In this document: positions 1 to 9,654 of the stretch, in pieces | How the letters are laid out: every line of letters starts with the position of its first letter | Position numbering within the stretch: the stretch's first letter is position 1 | NCBI GenBank assembly: GCA_947311255.1 | Contig: CAMZKL010000031.1 | Coordinates: forward strand, 28,024-92,023 | Origin: an uncultured Chlorobiota bacterium | GTDB lineage: Bacteria; Bacteroidota; Bacteroidia; Bacteroidales; JAADGE01 | DNA length: 64,000 nt | Direction of reading: 5' to 3' | The notes under the pieces: generated by a model | What the model saw: the letters and a program-made list of their open reading frames with translations, nothing else | Databases searched by the model: none | Told to the model about the DNA's origin: nothing | Translations under genes and position numbers: made by a program

Positions 1-940
1 CATCTCCAACAATTTGAATTTTATCTCCAATTTTTTCATTTAATAAAGTCCAAGCTGCCCAATCATCTTCATGCAAACCGTCTTCAATTGATGCAATTGG
101 GTATTTGTCAGTAAGTTTATCCCAATAATTTACAAGTTGTTCTGAATTTAAATATTTTTTTTCTGATTTAAAATGATATTTTTTCTTTTTTTCGTTATAA
201 AATTCAGATGCTGCTGCGTCAAGAGCAATAACTATTTCTTCGCCTGTTTTATATCCTGCGTTTTCAATTGCTCGTAATATTAAATCAAGTGCTTGGTTAT
301 GAGATTTTAAATTAGGAGCAAAACCTCCTTCATCTCCAACATTAACAGAATGTCCTTCCTTTTTTAGAACAATTTTTAAATTATGGAAAACTTCTGTTCC
401 CATTCTTAAAGCATCTTTAAAATTAGTTGCACCCACAGGCATAATCATAAATTCTTGAATATCTAAATTGTTATCTGCATGAGATCCTCCGTTTAAAATA
501 TTCATCATTGGAATAGGAAGTGTATTTGCATTTATTCCTCCAATGTACCTGTAAAGTGATTGTCCGGAAGAAAGGGCAGCAGCTTTTGCCACTGCAATAG
601 ATACACTTAAAATTGCATTAGCTCCCAAATTAGATTTGTTTTCTGATCCATCAATTTGAATCATTTTTGCATCAATTCCGCTTTGGTTTGTAATAAATGC
701 TCCTTTTAGTTCTTCATTAAGAACTTTGTTTACGTTTGAAACTGCTCTTAGAACACCTTTTCCAAGATATTTTCCTTTGTCTTCGTCTCTTAGTTCTGCA
801 GCTTCGTATTTTCCAGTTGATGCGCCGGAGGGAACAGATGCTCTTCCTAAAATTCCTCTTGTAGTTATAACATCAGTTTCAACTGTTGGGTTTCCTCTTG
901 AATCTAATATTTGGCGTGATTTTATATGGGCAATTTGCAT
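1..940 (-). CDS. eno: enolase (phosphopyruvate hydratase), C-terminal end runs off the window
   Basis: Hand translation of the minus strand from ATG at 938-940 gives [27 protein letters not shown]..., a canonical enolase N-terminus. The frame stays open to position 1. The + ORF 726..1046 is its antisense shadow. Confidence 0.9.
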   Translation of the reverse strand, partial: MQIAHIKSRQILDSRGNPTVETDVITTRGILGRASVPSGASTGKYEAAELRDEDKGKYLGKGVLRAVSNVNKVLNEELKGAFITNQSGIDAKMIQIDGSENKSNLGANAILSVSIAVAKAAALSSGQSLYRYIGGINANTLPIPMMNILNGGSHADNNLDIQEFMIMPVGATNFKDALRMGTEVFHNLKIVLKKEGHSVNVGDEGGFAPNLKSHNQALDLILRAIENAGYKTGEEIVIALDAAASEFYNEKKKKYHFKSEKKYLNSEQLVNYWDKLTDKYPIASIEDGLHEDDWAAWTLLNEKIGDKIQIVGD

Positions 941-977
941 AAGTATTTATTTTATTTTTAAAGGTAATGGTTTGTTT

Positions 978-1673
978 TTATTCAACAATAAGTTTATAAC
1001 CTTCGCCATGTTTATTAATGATTTTAATTCTTGGATCAATTTTTAAATGTTTTCTCAATTTGGTAATATATACATCCATACTTCTAGCATTAAAATAATT
1101 ATCATCGCTCCAAATAGTTTTTAGTGCATAATCTCTTTTCATAACTTTGTCTTGATGTTGGCACAAGAGTTTTAATAAATCAGATTCTTTTGATGTTAGT
1201 TTAGAAATTTCATCTTTATTATTTTCCATTTTAATGGTTTGTGTATTAGAATCAAAAATTATATTTCCGATGTTAAAAACTTTTTGTTTTTCGTTAGCAT
1301 CTCTTCCTGCACGTCTTAAAACTGCTTCAATTCGGAAAATAAGTTCTTCCATGTTGAATGGTTTCGTAATATAATCATCAGCACCAATCTTAAAACCTTT
1401 TAAAACATCGTCTTTCATAATCTTTGCAGTTAGAAATATAATAGGAGTGTCTTTGTTAGTCTGTTTTATATCTTTTGCAAGTTCAAATCCATCTTTTTTA
1501 GGCATCATAACATCTAGGATACATAAGTCAAAATCGTTTTTAACAAAAGCATCATAAGCTGATTCTCCATCTGAAAATAAATGAGGGTCAAAATCTTTTG
1601 CAATTAAATATTGTTCTAATAAAGAACCTAAATTTAAATCGTCTTCAGCTAATAGTATTTTTATTTTACTCAT
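978..1673 (-). CDS. OmpR/PhoB-type two-component response regulator (REC + winged-helix)
   Basis: The track ORF is 978..1811, but the receiver domain begins at MSKIKILLAEDD (ATG 1671-1673). DVMMPKKDG and TAK motifs are present. The C-terminal winged helix ends GEGYKLIV. Confidence 0.85.
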   Translation of the reverse strand: MSKIKILLAEDDLNLGSLLEQYLIAKDFDPHLFSDGESAYDAFVKNDFDLCILDVMMPKKDGFELAKDIKQTNKDTPIIFLTAKIMKDDVLKGFKIGADDYITKPFNMEELIFRIEAVLRRAGRDANEKQKVFNIGNIIFDSNTQTIKMENNKDEISKLTSKESDLLKLLCQHQDKVMKRDYALKTIWSDDNYFNARSMDVYITKLRKHLKIDPRIKIINKHGEGYKLIVE

Positions 1674-1877
1674 AATCAAGATGTTATAATAAATTATTTG
1701 TTTTTTTCTTGTTTGTATCGTTATTGAAACAAATATCTTTGCATACAAAATTAACAAAATGTAAGTTATATTAAAAAATATAAAATTAATAACGCTACAA
1801 AATTGAAACAAATTATACTTTTAACATTCTTTAATATTTATTTGTTTGTATTTTTGTGATTTTTAAAAATATAATTA

Positions 1878-2660
1878 ATGACAAAAATAGAAGAAAAGTT
1901 AACATCTTTTAAACGGATTTTAGGAATAATGGATAAAATTCGTTCAGAATGTCCTTGGGATAAAGAGCAAACAAATGAAAGTTTGAGGAGTATGACAATT
2001 GAAGAAACATATGAGTTGGCAGAAGCAGTTCTAACCAATAATCCTAATAATATTAAAAAAGAGCTTGGAGATTTGTTTTTACATATAATTTTCTATTCAA
2101 AAATAGCATCTGAAAAAAAACAGTTCGATATTGGAGATGTAATTAATTCTTTATCTGAAAAATTAATTTACAGACATCCTCATGTTTTTAGCAATGTTAT
2201 AGTAGAAAATTCAGAGGAAGTTCATAAGAACTGGGAAGAGTTAAAATTGAAAGAAAAAGAAAATGATGGAAGTGTGTTAAGTGGAATACCGGAATTTTTA
2301 CCTTCAATAATAAAAGCAATGAGAATGCAAGAAAAAGCAAGGGGTGTGGGTTTTGATTGGGAGTATAAAGAGCAGGTTTGGGACAAGGTTAAAGAGGAGT
2401 TATCTGAATTTGAAGAAGAATTAATAGCCCAAAATATGGAAAATGCAGAATCTGAATTTGGAGATTTATTATTTTCTTTGATAAATATGGCACGTTTATA
2501 TGGAATTAATCCAGATAATGCACTTGAAAGGACTAATAAAAAATTTAAAAAACGGTTTAATTATTTGGAAAGTAATACTTTAAAAAAAGGAATTTCTTTA
2601 AAAGAAATGAGTTTAGAAGATATGGAGAAGATTTGGCAACAAGCAAAAGGGTTTGAATAA
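1878..2660 (+). CDS. mazG: nucleoside triphosphate pyrophosphohydrolase MazG
   Basis: 260 aa with two MazG-type halves: CPWDKEQT...EETYEL..., EELGDLLF and EFGDLLFSLIN. Confidence 0.85.
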   Translation: MTKIEEKLTSFKRILGIMDKIRSECPWDKEQTNESLRSMTIEETYELAEAVLTNNPNNIKKELGDLFLHIIFYSKIASEKKQFDIGDVINSLSEKLIYRHPHVFSNVIVENSEEVHKNWEELKLKEKENDGSVLSGIPEFLPSIIKAMRMQEKARGVGFDWEYKEQVWDKVKEELSEFEEELIAQNMENAESEFGDLLFSLINMARLYGINPDNALERTNKKFKKRFNYLESNTLKKGISLKEMSLEDMEKIWQQAKGFE

Positions 2661-2694
2661 TTTTGTATTTTCTTTTGATTATGTAAAATATTTA

Positions 2695-2702
2695 TAATTT
2701 TG
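2695..2702 (+). promoter_or_regulatory. candidate Bacteroidota sigma-A -7 box (TAATTTTG)
   Basis: Matches TAnnTTTG, 24 nt upstream of the ATG at 2726. Confidence 0.4.
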
Positions 2703-2725
2703 TAGTCGTTAAATAAAAAATTATT

Positions 2726-3886
2726 ATGATGAATAGATATAATTTAATTAGTATTTTTGCTTTAATTCTTATTTTTACAAGTGGTTTATTAGCTCAAACT
2801 ATTGAACCAAATATGACTTTTGAAAAAGAGAGGCACAATTTTGGAAAAATAAAAGAAGATGGAGGGAAAGTTTCTTTTAAATTTGTTTTCACAAATATGG
2901 GTTCTGACCCTATTTTAATAAATGATGTAAAAACATCATGCGGTTGTACAACACCAAATTGGAGTAGAAAGCCAATTCTTCCCGGTTCAAAAAGTGAAAT
3001 TGAAGTTATATATAATCCAGATCATAGACCCGGGGCTTTTAATAAGACTATAACTATTAAATCTAATGCAAAAAACAGTCCTGTTACTTTGCATATAACC
3101 GGAGAAGTTTCCCCTAAAAAGAAAGATATTGCGGATGATTATAGATACACATTAGGTCAATTAAGAATGAAGAAAAGGAACATAAATTTTCGAGATATTT
3201 TTAATACTGAAATTAGAAAAGATTATATTGATATAATTAATACCGGAACTGAATCAGTTACAATTGGTTTTAATGAACAAAGAAGAATGCCTGCTCATAT
3301 TAAAATGGAATGTAAACCATCAACTTTAAAGCCAAATCAAAAAGCCGTAATTAGTATAGTTTATGATGCTGGAAAGAAAAAAGATTGGGGATATGTTTAT
3401 GATAGAATATATGTTAATTTAAACGGAAAAACTGAACATAAAAACACAATAAATATCAGTGCTACAATAATTGAAAAATTTAGTCAGGAAATGATAGATA
3501 ATCCTCCTGTTTTTACTATGATTAATGATATGACTCATGATTTTGGAACAATTAAACAGGGAGATGTTACGGAGCACGTTTTTAAATTTAAAAATACAGG
3601 AAAGCACGATTTAATAATTAGAAAAACTAAAGCCAGTTGCGGTTGCACGGTTGTGAATCTTGGAGATAAAATTATAAAACCAGGACAAGAAAGTAGTATA
3701 AAAGCAATTTTTAATTCAAGAGGAAAAAGAGGAAACCAACATAAAACAATAACTGTAACAACTAATATTCCTAATGTTGAGGGACAGTCTAATAGGTCAG
3801 TTATAACTCTTATGATGAAAGGTGTCGTTGAAGTTCCTCCTAAGGAAACTAAAACTAATTTGAATAAAAATACTGATAAAAAATAG
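2726..3886 (+). CDS. secreted protein with two DUF1573 domains
   Basis: Has a signal peptide. Two copies of the DUF1573 signature are present: HNFGKIKEDG...SCGCTTP...PG and HDFGTIKQGD...SCGCTVV...PG. Confidence 0.75.
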   Translation: MMNRYNLISIFALILIFTSGLLAQTIEPNMTFEKERHNFGKIKEDGGKVSFKFVFTNMGSDPILINDVKTSCGCTTPNWSRKPILPGSKSEIEVIYNPDHRPGAFNKTITIKSNAKNSPVTLHITGEVSPKKKDIADDYRYTLGQLRMKKRNINFRDIFNTEIRKDYIDIINTGTESVTIGFNEQRRMPAHIKMECKPSTLKPNQKAVISIVYDAGKKKDWGYVYDRIYVNLNGKTEHKNTINISATIIEKFSQEMIDNPPVFTMINDMTHDFGTIKQGDVTEHVFKFKNTGKHDLIIRKTKASCGCTVVNLGDKIIKPGQESSIKAIFNSRGKRGNQHKTITVTTNIPNVEGQSNRSVITLMMKGVVEVPPKETKTNLNKNTDKK

Positions 3887-3905
3887 AGTTTTTGAAGCTA
3901 TTTTA

Positions 3906-3946
3906 AATTGCCGTTATATTGTTTTAGATATAACGGCAATTTTTTT
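3906..3946 (+). terminator. intrinsic terminator between convergent genes
   Basis: Stem aattgccgttatat / atataacggcaatt, followed by a T-run. Confidence 0.6.
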
Positions 3947-3957
3947 GTAGGTTATAG

Positions 3958-4647
3958 CTACCCAATATCACTAAGTTTTTGAAGTATTGAAGGCTGAAGT
4001 ATTTTAAATTTTTTGCCTTCTATTGATAAAATTTCGTCTTTTTTTAATTCAGATAAAATCCTTACAGCATTTTCCATAGACATAGAAGAAAGTTCTGCAA
4101 GTTCTTTTCTGGTCATTCCAATATCAAATTCATCAGAATTAAATATCTCGTTTTTTAAATACAATATTGTATCTGCTAATCTGCCTCTGAGTTGTTTCCT
4201 GCTTATATCAGAAATTTTTTTGTAAACATAATTACTTGAATTACTGATTGATTTTGTTAATTCAAATAAATATTGGGGATTTCCTTTTGCCAAAGCTCTT
4301 AACATATCCGAATTTATCATGCAAATCATTGTATCTTCCATTGCAGCAACAGAATACTTATAACTTTTATCCCCAAAAAGAGTTTGTAAATCAATATATT
4401 CACCAGCTTTTATAAGTTTTAAGATTAAATTTTTTTTGCCTTCAATATATAATTTTACCATACCTTTTGCAAGATATAGTGCATGAGTTGCATCTGTGCC
4501 TTGCTTACAAATTGTTTCTCCTTTCTTAAAGTTTATTATTGTGCAACTGTTTTGGATTGAAATTATATCATCATCTTTTAAAAGGTTCAAATATTTCCAT
4601 TTGTAGGGACAACTTATACAGTTGTTGGGTTTAGAGATTTTTGGCAT
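3958..4647 (-). CDS. Crp/Fnr family transcriptional regulator
   Basis: 229 aa with a cNMP-binding beta-roll and a C-terminal HTH (TRKELAELSSMSMENAVRILSEL). N-terminal Cys pair NCISCP. Confidence 0.8.
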   Translation of the reverse strand: MPKISKPNNCISCPYKWKYLNLLKDDDIISIQNSCTIINFKKGETICKQGTDATHALYLAKGMVKLYIEGKKNLILKLIKAGEYIDLQTLFGDKSYKYSVAAMEDTMICMINSDMLRALAKGNPQYLFELTKSISNSSNYVYKKISDISRKQLRGRLADTILYLKNEIFNSDEFDIGMTRKELAELSSMSMENAVRILSELKKDEILSIEGKKFKILQPSILQKLSDIG

Positions 4648-4698
4648 GGTGTATTAAATTTATACAAATATAATTAAAATATTAATTTATTGAAAGTT

Positions 4699-4720
4699 TT
4701 GACAGTAATTTCTGTGTCAA
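4699..4720. promoter_or_regulatory. palindrome TTGACA-N10-TGTCAA upstream of the Crp/Fnr gene
   Basis: Arms 4699-4704 and 4715-4720 are perfect complements. The site lies about 50-70 nt upstream of the start at 4647. Confidence 0.3.
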
Positions 4721-4907
4721 AATAGTTTAACAAAAACTTTTTTTATTTCTTAAATTAATTTGATTTTATAGTAACAAAAAATACATTTTTTTTAATGTGT
4801 TTAAGGCTAGATATTTAGATGTGTTATTTGTCAGATATTTAAACATAATAATATTTTATGAACTCGGTGTAAAAACTGGCAAAATTTAAATAACTATAAA
4901 TACGAAA

Positions 4908-4947
4908 TAAAAAAAACCGATATTTTATAAATATCGGTTAAAAAAAT
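4908..4947 (-). terminator. intrinsic terminator downstream of trpB
   Basis: Stem aaccgatat / atatcggtt, flanked by A/T runs on both sides. Confidence 0.7.
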
Positions 4948-4977
4948 ACTAATACAATAGTTAATATTGTTGATATG

Positions 4978-6147
4978 CTAAATTCTTTCTACATCTTTGT
5001 CTCCTCTTCCCGAAACATTTATTATTGCAAGTTGATTTTTGTTTTTAAGTAATTTGAGAGCTAATGCAACAGCATGAGCAGATTCAACAGCAGGAATAAT
5101 TCCTTCTTTTTCAGAAAGTAATCTAAAAGCACTTATTGCTTCTTTGTCAGTTATTCCATAGTATTTTACTCTTCCTGTGTCTCTTAAATATGCGTGTTCA
5201 GGTCCAATTCCTGGATAGTCAAGTCCTGCAGCAACAGAATGCGAGTTGATAGGATTTCCTTCTTTATCTGCCAAACAAAGTGAATTTGTTCCTTGAAAAA
5301 TCATTTCTTTACCTAAAGTTAATGTGGCTGCAGTTTTATCTGTATTAATGCCCTCTCCCGCTGCCTCTGCTGCAAAAAGTTTTACATTCTCATCAGAAAT
5401 AAAATCTTTGAAAATTCCAATTGCATTAGATCCTCCTCCAATACATGCAAGAACCGCATCTGGAAGTTTTCCTTCGGCTTCTTTTATTTGCTTTTTAGCT
5501 TCTTTTCCTATTATACTTTGGAAATGTGCAACCATAGTAGGGTAGGGGTGTGGACCTACTGCCGAGCCTAATAAATAATATGCATCAGGATGCTCAATAT
5601 AATACCCGAGTGCAGCATCAACTGCGTCTTTTAAAGTTCCTAATCCTTGTGTTACCGGAATTATTTCAGAACCCAAAAGTTTCATCCTGTCAACATTGAG
5701 AGATTGTCTTTCAATATCTTCAGCCCCCATAAAAACCTTGCACTTCATCCCGAATAGTGCAGCAGCAGTTGCAGTTGCAACACCATGTTGCCCTGCACCT
5801 GTTTCTGCTAATATTTGTTTTGCTCCAAGTTTTTTTGCTAATAATATTTGACCTATTGTATTATTTATTTTATGAGCACCTGTATGGTTTAGGTCTTCTC
5901 TTTTTAAATATATCTTACTTCCTATATCTTCCGATAATCTTCTTGCATAATAAAGAGGAGATGGTCTTCCTACGTATGTTTTTAATAGGCTAATAAATTC
6001 TTCTTCAAATTCTTTTGTAAAAGCGTATTTTTTAAAAGATTCTGCAAGGTTTTTTAATTTTCCTTCTAAAACCGGAGGGACAAATCTTCCGCCATATTTT
6101 CCAAAATATCCTTCTTTTTCTTTATTTACTTGTATCTGAGTTGTCAT
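4978..6147 (-). CDS. trpB: tryptophan synthase beta subunit
   Basis: 389 aa with GKYGGRFVPP, LNHTGAHKINN (PLP lysine), GAGQHGVATA and GGGSNAIG motifs. Confidence 0.9.
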   Translation of the reverse strand: MTTQIQVNKEKEGYFGKYGGRFVPPVLEGKLKNLAESFKKYAFTKEFEEEFISLLKTYVGRPSPLYYARRLSEDIGSKIYLKREDLNHTGAHKINNTIGQILLAKKLGAKQILAETGAGQHGVATATAAALFGMKCKVFMGAEDIERQSLNVDRMKLLGSEIIPVTQGLGTLKDAVDAALGYYIEHPDAYYLLGSAVGPHPYPTMVAHFQSIIGKEAKKQIKEAEGKLPDAVLACIGGGSNAIGIFKDFISDENVKLFAAEAAGEGINTDKTAATLTLGKEMIFQGTNSLCLADKEGNPINSHSVAAGLDYPGIGPEHAYLRDTGRVKYYGITDKEAISAFRLLSEKEGIIPAVESAHAVALALKLLKNKNQLAIINVSGRGDKDVERI

Positions 6148-6274
6148 TTTATTTGTTTTATATTTTTATTATTAAAAAGTTTTGATGTGTTTTTTTAAAG
6201 TACATTGCCAAAGATTTTCAATAATGTTTAACCATATTAAGATAATTTTTTTCATAAAATTGAATTTTTGATAT

Positions 6275-6305
6275 AAAAAAAGCCGCAGGTGAGATACCTG
6301 CGGCT
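6275..6305 (-). terminator. intrinsic terminator / candidate trp attenuator
   Basis: 10-bp GC-rich stem agccgcaggt (6281-6290) / acctgcggct (6296-6305). In the minus sense it is followed by a 7-nt U-run. It lies between the leader ORF and trpB. Confidence 0.7.
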
Positions 6306-6332
6306 TTGGATAATATTATGTGTATAACAAAA

Positions 6333-6401
6333 CTATCGCAAAGAGTTATCTCCTTGTTTTAAATTTTTGCTATGCCACCAATTGTTTTTTAAAAAAATCA
6401 T
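6333..6401 (-). CDS. candidate trp leader peptide (22 aa, tandem Trp codons)
   Basis: Hand translation: ATG ATT TTT TTA AAA AAC AAT TGG TGG CAT AGC ... TAG = MIFLKNNWWHSKNLKQGDNSLR. The UGG UGG pair is at 6375-6380. The stop lies 27 nt before the terminator stem. Confidence 0.6.
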   Translation of the reverse strand: MIFLKNNWWHSKNLKQGDNSLR

Positions 6402-6467
6402 TTTTTCTTTTTCTTATCTGCAAATAAAAACAGATTTTATGAAATAATAAAATTTTTTTTAATTTTT

Positions 6468-7400
6468 TTAGAATTTTACTGAAAATCCTATTCCTAATAT
6501 TTCTTTGAATTGTATTCTTTTGCCTGCTCCATCAACAATTCCATCATTATTGCTATCAAGTGGAACATCAATATCGTGGTCATATAATAATTGTGTGCTT
6601 AAATTAGCTGTGATATATTTGTTAATTTTCATGCCTAATAGCACTTCCCAGTCAACATCAATATTTTGAGGATTATTAAGGTAATTTGAAAATAAACCAA
6701 GTTTTGTGATTAAACTTACATTTTTAATTACCTCTTTTGTGTAAACTGCTTTTAAATAACCTCCAAATTCATTTCTGATATTTTTTGTAGAGTCAACACC
6801 AAAAGCTCCCATATCAGCAAGTCTTTGGTTGTTAACAATTGTAGTTTTGGAAGTTAATGGAGCAACAAAAACTGAAAGCTCTTTATTTGGTCTATAATCA
6901 ATACCGACTGCTGCAAGAAGGTATGCAGGAGCTAATAAACCCGAAATTTCAATAGAATCATTTGGGTAATTATAACCGTTTGTAAATTGAGTTTTGAAAT
7001 CTATTAAAGCAGCATAGTAAAGTTTTTCTGTTGCTTTTAAACCTAGCTTTGAAGCAAAATTAAATTTATCATCAGTTTTCATTAACATTGAACTTCCACC
7101 TTTTCCTTGCTTTTGAAGACCATAGCCTAAATCAAGAGTATTGTCCCAAGTTAATTTTCCTTGTTTGTAGTTAGCAAATAATCCTGCAATTCCATTAAGA
7201 GAAAGTGTGTTGATACCTCCTGCTGCCCAATTTGTGAAATTACTTTGTCCAAATGTTAAAGCAAATATTCCACCTTTTTTCCAACCGTCTGTTGTGTCTT
7301 TGCTTATTTTTTTTAGTGAACCTTCGCTACCCGTATTTTGAGCTAGATTAATCCCAATTGTAAATACAGCAATTAAAATTGTTAATGTAAATTTTTTCAT
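6468..7400 (-). CDS. DUF3078-like outer-membrane beta-barrel protein
   Basis: Signal peptide, NWAAGG motif, alternating beta-strand pattern and a C-terminal aromatic residue. Confidence 0.7.
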   Translation of the reverse strand: MKKFTLTILIAVFTIGINLAQNTGSEGSLKKISKDTTDGWKKGGIFALTFGQSNFTNWAAGGINTLSLNGIAGLFANYKQGKLTWDNTLDLGYGLQKQGKGGSSMLMKTDDKFNFASKLGLKATEKLYYAALIDFKTQFTNGYNYPNDSIEISGLLAPAYLLAAVGIDYRPNKELSVFVAPLTSKTTIVNNQRLADMGAFGVDSTKNIRNEFGGYLKAVYTKEVIKNVSLITKLGLFSNYLNNPQNIDVDWEVLLGMKINKYITANLSTQLLYDHDIDVPLDSNNDGIVDGAGKRIQFKEILGIGFSVKF

Positions 7401-7516
7401 TTTATTAAATTTTTATTTTTATTAAAAAAACAAAACTAATTAATTAATCAATATAACGAAATTTTTGAAAAATTAATTAGTTTATAAAGGAATTATATTA
7501 AAATAAGATTTAAGAT

Positions 7517-7948
7517 TTATTTTTTTAATAGATCTCTAATTTCACCTAATAAAACTTCTTCTTTTGTTGGTGCAGGAGGTGTTGCTGGAGCCTCTTCTTC
7601 TGCTTTCTTTTTTGATTTGTTGTATGCCTTTACAACCATGAAAATTACAAAAGCAACAATAATGAAAGTAATAATTGTATTAATAAAACTTCCATATTTA
7701 ATTGCAATTTCTGAAACTTCCGGTGTAATAACTTCACCAGCAGCATTTGTTATTGCTTTTACTGGTTCTTGTATAACCATTTTTAATTGGCTAAAATCAA
7801 CTCCGCCTAAAATTTTTCCAATAGGAGGCATAATAATATCATCAACTAATGATTTAATTATTGCTCCAAAATAAGTTGCTAAGATAAGACCAACTGCCAT
7901 ATCTAAGACATTTCCTTTTGTAATAAACTCTTTAAATTCTTTAAACAT
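7517..7948 (-). CDS. mscL: large-conductance mechanosensitive channel
   Basis: Probable start is [20 protein letters not shown] (ATG 7946-7948), not the upstream M of the track ORF. Confidence 0.9.
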   Translation of the reverse strand: MFKEFKEFITKGNVLDMAVGLILATYFGAIIKSLVDDIIMPPIGKILGGVDFSQLKMVIQEPVKAITNAAGEVITPEVSEIAIKYGSFINTIITFIIVAFVIFMVVKAYNKSKKKAEEEAPATPPAPTKEEVLLGEIRDLLKK

Positions 7949-8031
7949 AATTATTTTTTTAATTGTTAAGATAATAAAGTACAGCAAATGTAAATACTTT
8001 TACTGCACTTATAAAATTTGATGTAATTTTT

Positions 8032-9477
8032 TTATTGATTTATAATAAATTCAACTCTTCTGTTGTTTTGTCTTCCTGCTCTTGTTTTGTTTGAATCTAT
8101 AGGTCTGTCGCTTCCATATCCTATTGCTCTTAATCTTGAAGCAGGTACTCCTTTTCCTAATATGTAGCTTTTTACTGCATCAGCACGTTTTTGTGATAAT
8201 GTTTTATTTTTAGCATAATTACCCGTGTTGTCTGTATGACCTTCAATATCAAATCTAACTTTTGGATACTTATTAAGAATTTCAATTACTTTGTTTATAT
8301 CTTTATATGAAGTAGCTCTGATAACGGATTTTCCTGTGCTGAATTGAATATTTTTTGCACTGAATCTTATTGCTTTTTCAATTTCTTTTTTCTTTTCTTC
8401 TTTCATTTTTGGGCATCCTTTTAATGAAGGAATTCCTGCAATATCAGGGCAATCATCTTTACTGTCAATAATACCGTCCCCGTCTCTATCCGGACAACCG
8501 TTTCCTGATTTATGACCTTTAACTTTTGGACATTTGTCAAGTTTGTCAGCAATTCCGTCACCATCAGTGTCTGGGCAACCGTTAAACTTAGCTAAACCTT
8601 TTACTTTAGGACAATCATCTTTACTGTCAGCAATACCGTCGCCATCAGTATCTGGGCAACCGTTAAACTTAGTTAGACCTTTTACTTTTGGACAAGCATC
8701 TTTGCTGTCAACAATACCATCACCGTCAGTATCAGGACAGCCATTAAATTCTGTTAAACCTTTTTTGTTTGGACAATCATCTTTACTGTCAACAATACCA
8801 TCTCCATCAGAATCTGGGCACCCGTTAAACTCGACCAAACCCGGTACTTCCGGACATTCATCTTTGTTATCACTTACTCCATCACCGTCAGTATCTTTTG
8901 CTTTTCCAATATTAAAGATAACACCTAATGAGTGTTTTAAATATCTTTCGTTAGCATCTTTATTAATTCCATCTATACCATCCCAATCTGAAAATAAGAA
9001 GTTTTCTTGAAATCTAATATAAACAACTGGAGATAATTTATAAGTAAGACCAAAACCAACTGATGGTAATGCCCAATTATCTTTATCGTCCATATCTTTT
9101 TCTTTAAATCTCATAGCTCCAACACCTAAAAATACATATGGGTTTAGTTTTTTTGCTTCGTCTAAGATGTTATATCTTACATTGAAGTTAAACTGTGTAG
9201 TTCTTTTTAAAACATGTCCTTTGTCTGATAAATGTCCCATGTCTCCCATTGATCCTTGTAAAGCAACATCAAAATGAGGAGTTAAATATCTGGCAAATTC
9301 TAATTCTCCAAAAGCATATAACTCTTGTGAGAAACTGTACCATCCATTTCCTAAATCTCCACTATATTGTTCTGACCCGCCATACAAACCAACTGCCCAT
9401 TTTCTGTCAGCTGATTGTGCATCTATATTAAATGTAAATATTGATGCAAAAACTAAAATTAGTAATAATTTTTTCAT
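8032..9477 (-). CDS. OmpA-family protein with thrombospondin type-3 (DxDxDGxxD) repeats
   Basis: Signal peptide and N-terminal barrel. Six or more CPDTDGDGIxDxKDxCP repeats. C-terminal OmpA_C domain (EGHTDNTG...NRRVEF). Confidence 0.85.
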   Translation of the reverse strand: MKKLLLILVFASIFTFNIDAQSADRKWAVGLYGGSEQYSGDLGNGWYSFSQELYAFGELEFARYLTPHFDVALQGSMGDMGHLSDKGHVLKRTTQFNFNVRYNILDEAKKLNPYVFLGVGAMRFKEKDMDDKDNWALPSVGFGLTYKLSPVVYIRFQENFLFSDWDGIDGINKDANERYLKHSLGVIFNIGKAKDTDGDGVSDNKDECPEVPGLVEFNGCPDSDGDGIVDSKDDCPNKKGLTEFNGCPDTDGDGIVDSKDACPKVKGLTKFNGCPDTDGDGIADSKDDCPKVKGLAKFNGCPDTDGDGIADKLDKCPKVKGHKSGNGCPDRDGDGIIDSKDDCPDIAGIPSLKGCPKMKEEKKKEIEKAIRFSAKNIQFSTGKSVIRATSYKDINKVIEILNKYPKVRFDIEGHTDNTGNYAKNKTLSQKRADAVKSYILGKGVPASRLRAIGYGSDRPIDSNKTRAGRQNNRRVEFIINQ

Positions 9478-9596
9478 AACTTTTTATATTTTTATGTTTA
9501 TAATTAAAAGACAAAATTAAGACAGTAATAATAATATTTAAACAAAAAAGGTTAGAAAAAGGTAAACTTATTTTATTTTTAAAGATATAAATAAAT

Positions 9597-9626
9597 GAGC
9601 AATATACATTTGCATGTATATTGCTC
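9597..9626 (-). terminator. 13-bp perfect hairpin downstream of the second OmpA paralog
   Basis: gagcaatatacat (9597-9609) / atgtatattgctc (9614-9626) with a 4-nt loop. The trailing U-tract in the minus sense is weak. Confidence 0.45.
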
Positions 9627-9654
9627 AAAAAAATTAAAAGATAACTTGTTAATA

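Noticed and set aside
726-1046. + strand ORF overlapping the start of the window
   Set aside because: It lies antisense to a clearly recognisable enolase N-terminus and bridges into the response-regulator gene. It is low-complexity.
8534-9010. Long + strand ORFs (8534-9010 and 10157-10564) with repetitive SAIPSPSVSGQPLN units
   Set aside because: They are antisense frames of the thrombospondin-repeat coding sequence. The periodicity mirrors the real minus-strand genes.
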